Assembly: GCA_965230945.1 (NCBI GenBank)
Contig: OZ246397.1
Coordinates: 438,284-502,283, forward strand
DNA: 64,000 nucleotides
From: an uncultured Gammaproteobacteria bacterium
GTDB taxonomy: Bacteria > Patescibacteriota > Microgenomatia > PFEM01 > JAPLYW01
Direction of reading: 5' to 3'
Shown: one piece after another, positions 19,830 through 29,026 of the stretch
How positions within the stretch are numbered: the stretch's first letter is position 1
How the letters are laid out: each line of letters opens with the position of its first letter
Notes under the pieces: generated by a model
Seen by the model: only the letters and a program-made list of their open reading frames with translations
Database searches by the model: none
What the model was told of the DNA's origin: nothing
Program-made: the position numbers and the translations under genes

Positions 19830-20101
19830 TTGTTTTTTACCCTTTCGGCGAGTTTGCTTAATTGGAGGGTAATGGTAACGGCTAAAGCCGTAATGATGAC
19901 AGCATAAATAATGAGCGAGATAAGGCCGGAGCCGATACTGATTTTTGTTTTAATATAGTCATTGATGAAGGTTTTAATTAGTTCGTTCCAAGCTAGGGCA
20001 GCTACCAAGCCAAAGCCAGTGGTAGCCAGTTTGAGCATTTGCTGGATAACGGCTAGTTTATATTTTTTTAAATCAGCCTTAGCTTTTTTAATTTTTTTCA
20101 T
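19826..20101 (-). CDS. hypothetical small membrane protein (91 aa)
   Basis: Two hydrophobic helices; convergent with recF. Confidence 0.35.
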   Translation of the reverse strand: MKKIKKAKADLKKYKLAVIQQMLKLATTGFGLVAALAWNELIKTFINDYIKTKISIGSGLISLIIYAVIITALAVTITLQLSKLAERVKNN

Positions 20102-20141
20102 TGACCTTGAAAATTATCCTTAAAAATTAAATAATAAACTA

Positions 20142-21206
20142 ATGTATTCTCCTAAGTTTACCATAAACAATGAAATCTTAGCTAATATTGGTCTAATTGA
20201 AGCCGCTCGAGAAGTTATTGAAAACGCTCCTTTGATTCCCGTTTATGAAGCACGTTTTGTCAAGGATGCTTTGATTAGAACGGTTCATCATGGGACTCAT
20301 CTGGAGGGTAATGATCTTTCTTTAAACGAAGTCAAAAAAGCTATTGAAGGAGAACAGGTGGTAGCTCGTGAGCGTGATATTCAGGAGGTAATCAATTACC
20401 GTAACGTTTTAAAATTTGTTGAAGAAGAAGATAAAAAAAGAGCTACTCATCGCCACTATACTGCTTCTATGCTTAAAAAGATTCATGAGTTAACTTGTCA
20501 TCGAATTCTAGGAGATTTTATAGGTGACTATCGTCAGACTCAGGTAGTAGTTAAAAACGGCTTTACCGGCGAAGTTACTTTTCGACCACCACCAGCGGTA
20601 GAGGTACCTTTTTTACTGGAAGATTTTTTTGAATGGCTTAATGGTTCTAAAATAGCTTCTATACATTCGGTTTTAAAAGCCGGTATTACTCATTATTACT
20701 TAGTGGCTGTTCATCCTTTTATTGAAGGTAATGGCCGTACAGCTCGGGCTTTTGCCACTTTGGTTTTGTTTTTTGAAGATTATGATATTAGGAAGTGTTT
20801 TTCTTTGGAAGAATATTTTGATAAGGATGCCACTTCTTACTATCAGGCTTTGGCTGATGTTTCTAATCAGTCTCAGGATATTAATCAGCGTGATCTGACC
20901 CCTTGGCTAACCTACTTTACACAAGCGATGGCGGTAGAACTAACGAGGATTAAAGAAAAGGTAAAGAAGCTTTCTACTGATTTAAAAATAAAAAATAAAA
21001 TAGGTGCTCAAATACCCTTAAACGAGCGTCAGATGAAGCTCATGGAGTATTTACAAGCTAATGGTTCCATTACTACCCCTGAAGCTAAGAAGATAGTTCC
21101 TAATTATTCAGATGATACCATCTTGCGCGACTTTAATTATTTTATTAAAAGAGGTATTCTTAAAAAAGAGGGGAAGACTAAGTCAGCAAGGTATATTTTA
21201 CGCTAA
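20142..21206 (+). CDS. Fic/Doc family protein with C-terminal winged-helix domain
   Basis: Canonical Fic motif HPFIEGNGRTAR. Confidence 0.8.
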   Translation: MYSPKFTINNEILANIGLIEAAREVIENAPLIPVYEARFVKDALIRTVHHGTHLEGNDLSLNEVKKAIEGEQVVARERDIQEVINYRNVLKFVEEEDKKRATHRHYTASMLKKIHELTCHRILGDFIGDYRQTQVVVKNGFTGEVTFRPPPAVEVPFLLEDFFEWLNGSKIASIHSVLKAGITHYYLVAVHPFIEGNGRTARAFATLVLFFEDYDIRKCFSLEEYFDKDATSYYQALADVSNQSQDINQRDLTPWLTYFTQAMAVELTRIKEKVKKLSTDLKIKNKIGAQIPLNERQMKLMEYLQANGSITTPEAKKIVPNYSDDTILRDFNYFIKRGILKKEGKTKSARYILR

Positions 21207-21221
21207 AAACCTTGGGGTATT

Positions 21222-21419
21222 TTGATGAAACCAGCAGAACCTCAGTTTCTGTATATGATTTTGATTCTGCCAACTTTATTTGGCTTGACTTTAGTTGGCG
21301 AGGGTTTAAATAAAATTTTGAAAGATGAAAAAACAGGTTGGACTTCGATTATTTTTGGCGTTTTATTTGTAGCTGTTGTCGTTTTTGCTTATTTATTCTT
21401 CTCTCAAAACCTAATTTAA
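21222..21419 (+). CDS. hypothetical small membrane protein (65 aa)
   Basis: ORF with two hydrophobic helices; may not be real. Confidence 0.25.
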   Translation: MMKPAEPQFLYMILILPTLFGLTLVGEGLNKILKDEKTGWTSIIFGVLFVAVVVFAYLFFSQNLI

Positions 21420-21421
21420 AA

Positions 21422-23140
21422 ATGGATTTTAAAAATTTGGCAAGTTTCTTCTTGAAATTAGAGAAAACTGCCTCTAGAAACGAAATCACTCAGATTTTAG
21501 TAGATCTTTTGAAAAAATCTTCCTTGAAGGAGGTAGATAAAATTTGTTACTTATCTTTAGGAAAATTATTGCCCGCCTATAAAGGCTTAGAGTTTAATAT
21601 GGCCGAAAGATTGATGTTTAAGGCAGTCGCCAAGGCTTTTGCGAAGAGGGAAGAAGAGGTAAAGAGTCTTTTTAAAAAAGAGGGTGATCTAGGAGAGGTA
21701 GTTTTTAATTTAAAAAGTAACCATGATCAAAGTAAGCTTGAGGTAAATAAAGTCTATGATCTTCTCTATGAGATTGCTTCGGAAGGAGGTCAGGGTTCGG
21801 TAGAGCGAAAGATAAACAAAACAGCCCAACTTCTTTTCGACTTAGATCCTCTTTCAGCCAAATATGTAGCAAGAATTCCCTTGGGAAAATTAAGATTAGG
21901 TTTTTCTGAATTAACAATCCTGGATGCCTTATCTTGGATGCTTAAAAAAGATAAGTCACAAAGAAAATTTATTGAGTCGATCTACAATGTCCGGGCTGAT
22001 ATTGGACAAATTGCCAGAATCCTTAAAAGCAAAGGCTTAAAAGGATTAAGGGGGGTTAAAGTTCAAGTTGGTGTTCCGGTGGTTTCTGCCTTGTGCCAGA
22101 GACTACCTAATGCTGAGGAAATGATCAAAAAGATGGGCGAAGTAGCAGTTGAACCTAAATATGACGGGCAAAGATTAGCTGTCCACTTTGCTAAAGACAA
22201 AATGACAAGAATCTTTACCAGAAATTTAGAAAATGTGACTCATATGTTTCCAGATATTGTTGAAGCATTAGGTAGGGAAGTAAAGGCTAAAGAAGTTATT
22301 TTTGATGGGGAAGCGATTGCTTTTGATCCAAAAACCAATAAATTTTTGCCTTTCCAAGAAACAATTAAAAGAAAAAGAAAATATGAAATTTCCCACAAGG
22401 CAAAAGAGATCCCTTTAAAATATTTTGTTTTTGATATCCTTTTGAAAGATGACCGAGATTTGATTAATTTACCTTTCAAAAAAAGAAGAGAGATTTTATC
22501 TAAAACTATTTTACCCCAATCACGAACAATTAAGCTTTCTCCTCAAATTGTGACCGTGAGTTCTTTGGAATTAAAATCTTATCATAAAGAACAAATAAAA
22601 AAAGGCTTAGAAGGAGTGGTTGTTAAAAAATGGGAGGCACCTTATGACTCAGGGAGGCGTGGTTATACTTGGGTAAAACTTAAACAAGAGAAGGGAAAGA
22701 AAGGTGGCGGTTTAACCGATACTCTAGATTGTGTTGTTATGGGTTATTATAAGGGAAAGGGGAAAAGGGCAAGTTTTGGCATTGGTGGTTTTTTGGTAGG
22801 TGTTAAAGAAGAGCAGGTGAATGATCGAATTTTGACGATTTCAAAAGTTGGTACTGGTCTTTCTGATGAGCAGTGGAGGGAGATGAGAAGACGTTGTGAT
22901 CGGGTTAGAACTGAAAAACAGCCAAAACAATATAAGCTTGATAAGAACTTAAAACCTGATTTATGGTGTTTGCCAAAAATTGTAGTAGAAATTGAAGCAG
23001 ACAACATTACTAAATCGCCAATTCATACCGCTGGTTTAGCTTTACGTTTCCCACGCCTGGTTCGCTTTCGTGATGATAAACGAGCTAATCAAGCAAGTAG
23101 TCTTGAGGAAGTTAAAAAGCTTTATGAACTGCAAAAGTAG
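21422..23140 (+). CDS. ATP-dependent DNA ligase
   Basis: Adenylation motif I KYDGQR (VEPKYDGQRLAVHF), motif III FDGEAIAFD, EGVVVKK and WVKLK motifs. Start placed at Met 21422 (MDFKNLASFF) rather than the upstream ORF start, which overlaps the preceding small ORF. Confidence 0.8.
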   Translation: MDFKNLASFFLKLEKTASRNEITQILVDLLKKSSLKEVDKICYLSLGKLLPAYKGLEFNMAERLMFKAVAKAFAKREEEVKSLFKKEGDLGEVVFNLKSNHDQSKLEVNKVYDLLYEIASEGGQGSVERKINKTAQLLFDLDPLSAKYVARIPLGKLRLGFSELTILDALSWMLKKDKSQRKFIESIYNVRADIGQIARILKSKGLKGLRGVKVQVGVPVVSALCQRLPNAEEMIKKMGEVAVEPKYDGQRLAVHFAKDKMTRIFTRNLENVTHMFPDIVEALGREVKAKEVIFDGEAIAFDPKTNKFLPFQETIKRKRKYEISHKAKEIPLKYFVFDILLKDDRDLINLPFKKRREILSKTILPQSRTIKLSPQIVTVSSLELKSYHKEQIKKGLEGVVVKKWEAPYDSGRRGYTWVKLKQEKGKKGGGLTDTLDCVVMGYYKGKGKRASFGIGGFLVGVKEEQVNDRILTISKVGTGLSDEQWREMRRRCDRVRTEKQPKQYKLDKNLKPDLWCLPKIVVEIEADNITKSPIHTAGLALRFPRLVRFRDDKRANQASSLEEVKKLYELQK

Positions 23141-23166
23141 CCTCCAATTTATGTTAAGATTAAGCT

Positions 23167-25659
23167 ATGGAAAAAGATTTCCCTAAATTAGGCTTAAATT
23201 CGCAAGAAGCAGCTAAGCGTTTGAAGGAAAAAGGACCTAATGAGCTTCGAAAACCACAGGAATTTACCACTTTAAGAATTATTGTCTCTCAATTTAAATC
23301 ACCCTTAATTTATATTTTACTACTGGCTGGTATTGTCACTCTCTTTTTAGGTGCCTTTAAGGACAGCTTAGTTATTTTTGGAGCGGTTTTAATCAATACC
23401 ATTGTTGGTTTTTACCAAGAACAGAAGGCGCAAAAATCCTTAGAAGCCTTAAGAAGTCTTTTGGCACCTCAAGCAAATGTTATCCGTGATGGCCAACAGC
23501 AGTTAATAAAGGCTAAAGATTTAGTAGTGGGAGATCTGGTCGTTTTAACGATTGGGAGTCGTATTCCTGCCGATGGAGTCTTGTTGGAGGCAACAGATTT
23601 GAACGTCAATGAAGCTATTTTGACGGGGGAATCGATGCCAGTTAAAAAAAACAAGACTCCAGAAGAAAAGATAGAGGCGTCTAAGTATAAAAAAGGAAAT
23701 ATGGTTTTTGCCGGTACTATTATTAGTAGTGGTATTGGTAAGATGTTGGTTACCAAAACTGGTATGAGCACGGAAATAGGTAAGATCGGCAAAAGAATAG
23801 CTAGATTAGAAGAAGAAAAAACTCCTCTGCAAATTCAGATTGCCAGGCTAGCTAAATACCTGGCTATTGCCGTGGGCGTAATGGCTCTTTGCCTTTTCCT
23901 TTTTGGTGAGTTTTTAGGTTATGGTTTGCTGGAGATGTTTACCACCAGTGTGGCTGTGGCGGTAGCTGCCATTCCTGAAGGTTTGCCCATAAGCTTAACT
24001 GTGATTTTGGCTTTGGGAATGCAAAGGATTTTAAAACGAAAAGCCTTAGTCCGCCGGCTTTTGGCGGCTGAGACTTTAGGTTCGGTAAGCGTTATTTGCG
24101 CCGACAAAACAGGCACCTTAACGGAAGGAAAAATGAAGGTAGTAAATTCTGTTTTAAGTGATGCGTCTAATAGTGAGGATTTATTAGTTAAAGCGGCTCT
24201 TCTTTGCAACGATATGAGGGATCCTTTAGAGATAGCTATGAAGGCTTGGGCGGAGCAAAAGACAGAGATTAAAGACATAGAAAAACAATATCTTCGTTTA
24301 GACGAAATCCCCTTTAATCCCAAATACAAATATATTGCTACCCTACATCGATCTGATTCGAAAGAGGATAATTTACTTTTTGTTTCCGGAGCGCCAGAGA
24401 TAATTTTGCGTAGATGCAAGTTAAGTAAAGCGGAAATCAGGTCATGGGAGGAAAAGTTTAAAGCTTTTGCCGAAAAGGGTTTTCGTCTAGTAGGTTTTGC
24501 CTATAAAGAAATGAGACAAAAAGAAGTTAATCACAAAGACCTTGATCATCTTGATTGGTTGGGTATTCTTATTTTTGAGGATCCTATTCGGGAAGGAGTA
24601 AGAGTAGTTTTGAGAGAGGCGCAACAAGCCAATGTAAAAATTAAGGTCATTACCGGTGATTATCGTTTAACGGCCTTGGCAGTTTTAAAGAAATTAGGCT
24701 TGGCTGATAATGGTTTGGTTTTGGAAGGCAAAGATTTAGAAGAGATGACGGAAAAAGACTTAGAGGAGAAAGTTGAAGATGTGGTTTTGTTTACTCGGAC
24801 GACACCCGAACAGAAACTAAAGATTGTTAAAGCTTTAAAGGCTAATAAAGAGGTGGTGGCTATGATGGGGGATGGAGTGAACGACGCCCCAGCTTTAAAA
24901 CAGGCAGATATTGGTATTGTCGTAGGGGAGTCGTCTGATGTAGCCAAACAAACAGCTGATATTGTTCTGCTTGATTCTAATTTTGCCACTGTTATTCATG
25001 CCATTGAAGGTGGACGGGCAATTTTTGCAAACATTAAAAAAGTCGTTTTGTATCTTTTATCTGATGGCTTTTCTGAAGTCATTTTAATTGGTGGCTCTTT
25101 GCTTTTGAGGTTGCCTTTGCCAGTAACAGCAGTACAAATTCTTTGGGTAAATTTAGTTCAAGATAGTTTCCCTGCCATTGCCTTAGCTTTTGAAGGTAAA
25201 GAAAAGGGGATTATGAAGGAACCACCCCGCTTGAAAGATGCCCCTATTTTAAATAATGAACTCAAGTTTTTGATCTTTGTGATTGGTATTTTCACCAACT
25301 TAGTCCTTTTGGGCTTGTTTTACTTATTGAGCAAGGGCTATTTATATCTTTTAGATATTCGTACGGTGATGTTTGTGGCTTTGGGCATTGATTCTTTGTT
25401 TGTTGTTTTTGCTTGTCGAAGTCTGCGCCAGCCAATTTTTAGGTATAATCCTTTTGGTAATAAAATACTTAGTTTATCAGTCCTTGTCGGCCTAATTTTG
25501 CTTTTAGGAGCTGTCTATTTGCCTTTTTTACAGAAACTTTTAGGGACTCATTTTTTGGGAATTAGAGAGTGGATTTTTCTTTTAAGTTTGGGTATTTTTA
25601 ATTTATTGGCTATTGAAATCACCAAAGGTGTTTTCATTGCCTTAAGGAAAAAAGGATAA
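23167..25659 (+). CDS. Cation-transporting P-type ATPase (Ca2+/Mg2+ type IIA-like)
   Basis: DKTGTLT phosphorylation motif (ICADKTGTLTEGKM), GDGVNDAPAL hinge motif; 830 aa with N- and C-terminal TM bundles. Confidence 0.85.
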   Translation: MEKDFPKLGLNSQEAAKRLKEKGPNELRKPQEFTTLRIIVSQFKSPLIYILLLAGIVTLFLGAFKDSLVIFGAVLINTIVGFYQEQKAQKSLEALRSLLAPQANVIRDGQQQLIKAKDLVVGDLVVLTIGSRIPADGVLLEATDLNVNEAILTGESMPVKKNKTPEEKIEASKYKKGNMVFAGTIISSGIGKMLVTKTGMSTEIGKIGKRIARLEEEKTPLQIQIARLAKYLAIAVGVMALCLFLFGEFLGYGLLEMFTTSVAVAVAAIPEGLPISLTVILALGMQRILKRKALVRRLLAAETLGSVSVICADKTGTLTEGKMKVVNSVLSDASNSEDLLVKAALLCNDMRDPLEIAMKAWAEQKTEIKDIEKQYLRLDEIPFNPKYKYIATLHRSDSKEDNLLFVSGAPEIILRRCKLSKAEIRSWEEKFKAFAEKGFRLVGFAYKEMRQKEVNHKDLDHLDWLGILIFEDPIREGVRVVLREAQQANVKIKVITGDYRLTALAVLKKLGLADNGLVLEGKDLEEMTEKDLEEKVEDVVLFTRTTPEQKLKIVKALKANKEVVAMMGDGVNDAPALKQADIGIVVGESSDVAKQTADIVLLDSNFATVIHAIEGGRAIFANIKKVVLYLLSDGFSEVILIGGSLLLRLPLPVTAVQILWVNLVQDSFPAIALAFEGKEKGIMKEPPRLKDAPILNNELKFLIFVIGIFTNLVLLGLFYLLSKGYLYLLDIRTVMFVALGIDSLFVVFACRSLRQPIFRYNPFGNKILSLSVLVGLILLLGAVYLPFLQKLLGTHFLGIREWIFLLSLGIFNLLAIEITKGVFIALRKKG

Positions 25660-25662
25660 ACA

Positions 25663-26622
25663 ATGCTTTTTCTTTATTTAGGTTTAATATTATTTTTTTG
25701 TTTTCTATTGGTTAAGGCAACTGATATTTTAATTATTAATTTCCGTCGTCTTTCTCAAAAGACTAATCTTAGGAAATTTGCTTTAACTGGTTTAGTTTTA
25801 GGTTTGGCTACCAGTTTGCCTGAACTTTTTGTGGGCCTAAGTTCTGCTTTTGAGAATCAGCCCATTCTTTCTTTAGGTAATATTATGGGGGCTAATATTG
25901 CCAATTTGTCTTTAGTAATTGGTGGGGCAGCTTTGGTTAGTGGTATGATAGCTGTTCGGGGCAGCTTTATTCGCCGAGATGTTTTTTATGCCTTTTTGGC
26001 AGCTACTTCGCCGATGATTCTTTTATTTGATAAGACTTTATCGCGAGTGGATGGTTTGATTCTGTTGTTTTTTTATATCTTTTATCAGCTGGTGGTTTTC
26101 AACGAACAGCATCGTAAGCTAGCAGGGGAAAAGAAAAGTGTTGTTAGCCGTTTGTTAAGAAAGTTAGATAGCAGGCGAACAAGAAAAGAATTAGGTTGGA
26201 TTTTGATTAGTATTATTTTGCTTTTGTTTTCAGCTGATATTTTGGTAAGGGTTTCCATTAAACTGGCCGTTCTTTTTGGTTTCCCCTTGCTTTTAGTAGG
26301 TCTTTTGATTATCTCTGTCGGAACTACTTTACCAGAATTGGTTTTTAGTATTAAAGCTCTTTTAAGAAGACAAAAAGAGATGTTCTTTGGTAACTTATTG
26401 GGTTCGATTGTGGCCAACGGGACTTTGGTTATTGGTTTGGTGGCCTTAATTTCTCCTTTCCGCATTCAGACTTTTTCTAGTTATCTTTTGGCTACCATGA
26501 TCTTTGTCCTTATCTTTGGCTTACTTTACCTTTTTATTAAGACTAAACAGCGTTTAGATCGTTGGGAGGGAGCAATTCTTTTGATTGTTTATCTACTTTT
26601 TATTTTTCTAGAATCTTTTTGA
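25663..26622 (+). CDS. Ca2+/cation antiporter, CaCA (YrbG-like Na+/Ca2+ exchanger) family
   Basis: Two alpha-repeat signatures (GLATSLPELFVGL and GTTLPELVFSI); about 10 TM; 319 aa. Confidence 0.7.
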   Translation: MLFLYLGLILFFCFLLVKATDILIINFRRLSQKTNLRKFALTGLVLGLATSLPELFVGLSSAFENQPILSLGNIMGANIANLSLVIGGAALVSGMIAVRGSFIRRDVFYAFLAATSPMILLFDKTLSRVDGLILLFFYIFYQLVVFNEQHRKLAGEKKSVVSRLLRKLDSRRTRKELGWILISIILLLFSADILVRVSIKLAVLFGFPLLLVGLLIISVGTTLPELVFSIKALLRRQKEMFFGNLLGSIVANGTLVIGLVALISPFRIQTFSSYLLATMIFVLIFGLLYLFIKTKQRLDRWEGAILLIVYLLFIFLESF

Positions 26623-26624
26623 AG

Positions 26625-27947
26625 ATGGAAATTGTAGCTGATCTTCATCTACATAGTAAATATTCACGGGCTGTTTCTCAGAAGATGACCATTCCCGAAA
26701 TGGCTGAATGGGCTGAAAAGAAAGGTATTAACTTATTGGCTACCTCAGACTGGACTCATCCTCTGTGGTTAAGGGAGCTGAAAGAAAATCTTAAAGAAGT
26801 TAGAGAGGGCGTTTATGGTTTAAAAGATCAGTCAAGTAAAACACTGTTTGTGCTGGGGACAGAGATTTCCTCCATTTATAGTCAAGAAGGAGATTCGCAT
26901 AGGATTCATAATCTTATTTTTGCCCCAAATCTTTCTGTGGTTGAAGAGATTAACAATAAACTACGCAGTCGGGGAGCTAATCTTTTCTCTGACGGTCGAC
27001 CCATAATTGGCTTATCAAGTATGGAGATTTGCGATTTGGTTTTTTCTGTTTGTAAAGATTGTTTGGTAATCCCTGCTCATATTTGGACGCCTTGGTTTTC
27101 TTTATATGGTTCAAAATCTGGCTTTGATTCTTTTAAAGAATGTTTTGGTAAGTTTGCAGATTCGGTTTATGGTATTGAGACCGGTTTATCTTCTGATCCT
27201 TTGATGAACTGGCAAATAGAAGATTTAAAGAATAAAAGTATTTTAAGCTTTAGCGATGCTCATAGTCCGCAGAAGTTGGGTAGGGAGGTAACAGTTTTCA
27301 GAAGCAAAGGTAAGGATAAGCAAATAACTTACAAAGATATTTTAGAAGCTATAAGAAGAGATAAGGATTCTTGGTGGGAGATTGGTCATACCATTGAGTT
27401 TTACCCACAAGAAGGTAAATATCATTACAGCGGCCATCGGAATTGTAATGTGGTACGAAGCCCTAAAGAAATTGAGAAATTAGGTTCTGCTTGTTCTGTT
27501 TGTGGTCGGGGTTTAACGGTAGGAGTAATGTCTCGGGTAGAACAATTAGCTAGTAAAGGAATTAAAGAAAAAGATTTAAAAATTGAAAAGGATGAATTTG
27601 GAGTGAAACGAATTACTTATAATAGCAGGTCCTCTTATGTGATGATGGTGCCTTTGGTGGAGATTTTATCCGAAGTGCTTGAATGCGGAGTTTCTAGCCA
27701 AAAGGTGGAAAGTGAGTATGATTTGTTAACAAATCAATTTGGTTGTGAGTTTGATATTTTGCTTAAAACACCCCTAAAAGAATTAGAGAAAATTGCTGGA
27801 GAGAAGGTAGTTCAGGCTTTAGGAAGGGTTAGAAGCGGTAATATTTTTATTAAGCCTGGCTATGATGGTGTTTTTGGTCAGGTAAAAATTTGGCCAAATG
27901 AAGAAAGCAGTAAGGTTGGCGCTGAACAGCAAATGAATTTATTTTAG
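26625..27947 (+). CDS. PHP-domain protein, endonuclease Q-like
   Basis: Begins MEIVADLHLHSKYSRA (PHP metal-binding His motif) and has a C-terminal Cys-rich zinc finger (CSVCGRG). Start placed at Met 26625 rather than the overlapping upstream ORF start. Confidence 0.5.
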   Translation: MEIVADLHLHSKYSRAVSQKMTIPEMAEWAEKKGINLLATSDWTHPLWLRELKENLKEVREGVYGLKDQSSKTLFVLGTEISSIYSQEGDSHRIHNLIFAPNLSVVEEINNKLRSRGANLFSDGRPIIGLSSMEICDLVFSVCKDCLVIPAHIWTPWFSLYGSKSGFDSFKECFGKFADSVYGIETGLSSDPLMNWQIEDLKNKSILSFSDAHSPQKLGREVTVFRSKGKDKQITYKDILEAIRRDKDSWWEIGHTIEFYPQEGKYHYSGHRNCNVVRSPKEIEKLGSACSVCGRGLTVGVMSRVEQLASKGIKEKDLKIEKDEFGVKRITYNSRSSYVMMVPLVEILSEVLECGVSSQKVESEYDLLTNQFGCEFDILLKTPLKELEKIAGEKVVQALGRVRSGNIFIKPGYDGVFGQVKIWPNEESSKVGAEQQMNLF

Positions 27948-28019
27948 AGAATTTATGCCTTGACAAAAGCCAGGTAATTATGAAACGATAAGCTTAAGGA
28001 AGGGGGTGAGAAATAAAGA

Positions 28020-28328
28020 ATGGCTGGAACAGGTCTGCCTAAAAAGACTGCCGCTGCTTTATCTTATGTTTTAGGCTGGGTTACGGGTATCATTTTTCTC
28101 TTGATTGAGAAGGATCCTTTTGTCCGCTTTCATGCTGCTCAATCAGTAGTTGTCTTTGGTATTTTAACGGTTATTGTTCTGATTCCCTTCCTTTGGTTTT
28201 TTATTCCCATCGTTTGGATTGTTGGTTTTGTGCTTTGGTTAGTTTTGATTTACAAAGCTTATCAAGGAGAGGAATTTAAACTTCCCTGGGTTGGTAATTT
28301 AGCGAAAAAACTATTAGGTAAGATTTAA
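28020..28328 (+). CDS. Small membrane protein, DUF4870-like
   Basis: SYVLGWVTGIIFLLIEKDPFVRFHAAQS resembles the DUF4870 signature; 102 aa. Confidence 0.45.
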   Translation: MAGTGLPKKTAAALSYVLGWVTGIIFLLIEKDPFVRFHAAQSVVVFGILTVIVLIPFLWFFIPIVWIVGFVLWLVLIYKAYQGEEFKLPWVGNLAKKLLGKI

Positions 28329-28399
28329 TTACTAAATTTTAGTTAATTATTTTAGCCGTTCGCTGTCGGGCGGCTTTAATGTGCTAGAATATTGATATT

Positions 28400-29026
28400 G
28401 TGATATTTAAAAATCGGAACACGGCTGGTAAAGAACTAGCTAAAAAGATAAAATTTTTACCAGGAGATAAAAAGATTATTGTTTTAGGTATCCCGCGGGG
28501 AGGAGTGGTGGTAGCTAAAGAGATAGCTGATTTGTTAAAGGTTCCTTTGGATATCATCGTTGCTAAAAAGATTGCCGCTCCTCATCATTCAGAATTGGCT
28601 ATTGGAGCTGTAGGTACGATAGGTCAAGCGGTTATTGATGAGAAGATGGCCGCAAAGATGGGAGCTGATGAGCAATATATTAATAGCCAAATTAAAGAAG
28701 TAAGAAATTTAGTTGCAGGTAAAGAAAAGGAGCTTCGAGGAGGAAAGCCGCCTTTAGAGTTAAAAGACAAAGCAGTGATTTTGGTTGACGATGGCGTTGC
28801 TACTGGAGCCACCATGGCGGCGGCCATAGGAATTATAAGGCAAAGTAACCCCTATCAAGTAATCGTAGCTGTTCCTGTTATTGCTAAAGATACTCTATCT
28901 AAAATAGAAAATTCAGCTGATGAGGTGATTTACCTTCAGGCACCGATGTTGTTTTTTGCCGTTGGTCAGTTTTACCAAGATTTTACTCAAGTAAATGATA
29001 AACAAGTTAAACAACTTTTAAAATGA
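28400..29026 (+). CDS. Phosphoribosyltransferase family protein
   Basis: PRPP-binding motif VILVDDGVATGATM. Confidence 0.6.
   Translation: MIFKNRNTAGKELAKKIKFLPGDKKIIVLGIPRGGVVVAKEIADLLKVPLDIIVAKKIAAPHHSELAIGAVGTIGQAVIDEKMAAKMGADEQYINSQIKEVRNLVAGKEKELRGGKPPLELKDKAVILVDDGVATGATMAAAIGIIRQSNPYQVIVAVPVIAKDTLSKIENSADEVIYLQAPMLFFAVGQFYQDFTQVNDKQVKQLLK

Noticed and set aside
21338-21421. Upstream extension of the DNA ligase ORF (start 21338)
   Set aside because: The extension overlaps ORF 21222-21419 in another frame and encodes a Cys/Phe-rich low-complexity peptide. Met 21422 gives a typical ligase N-terminus.
14553-26465. Antisense and internal ORFs within long genes (14553-14903, 17641-18118, 19288-19750, 21705-23007, 23469-24989, 26085-26465, 3262-3477)
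   Set aside because: Fully nested in or antisense to well-supported genes (ftsH, the GT4 glycosyltransferase, recF, the ligase, the P-type ATPase, the CaCA exchanger, the ATPase); no independent evidence.
26562-26624. Upstream extension of the PHP/EndoQ-like ORF
   Set aside because: Overlaps the end of the CaCA gene; the conserved PHP motif begins right after Met 26625.
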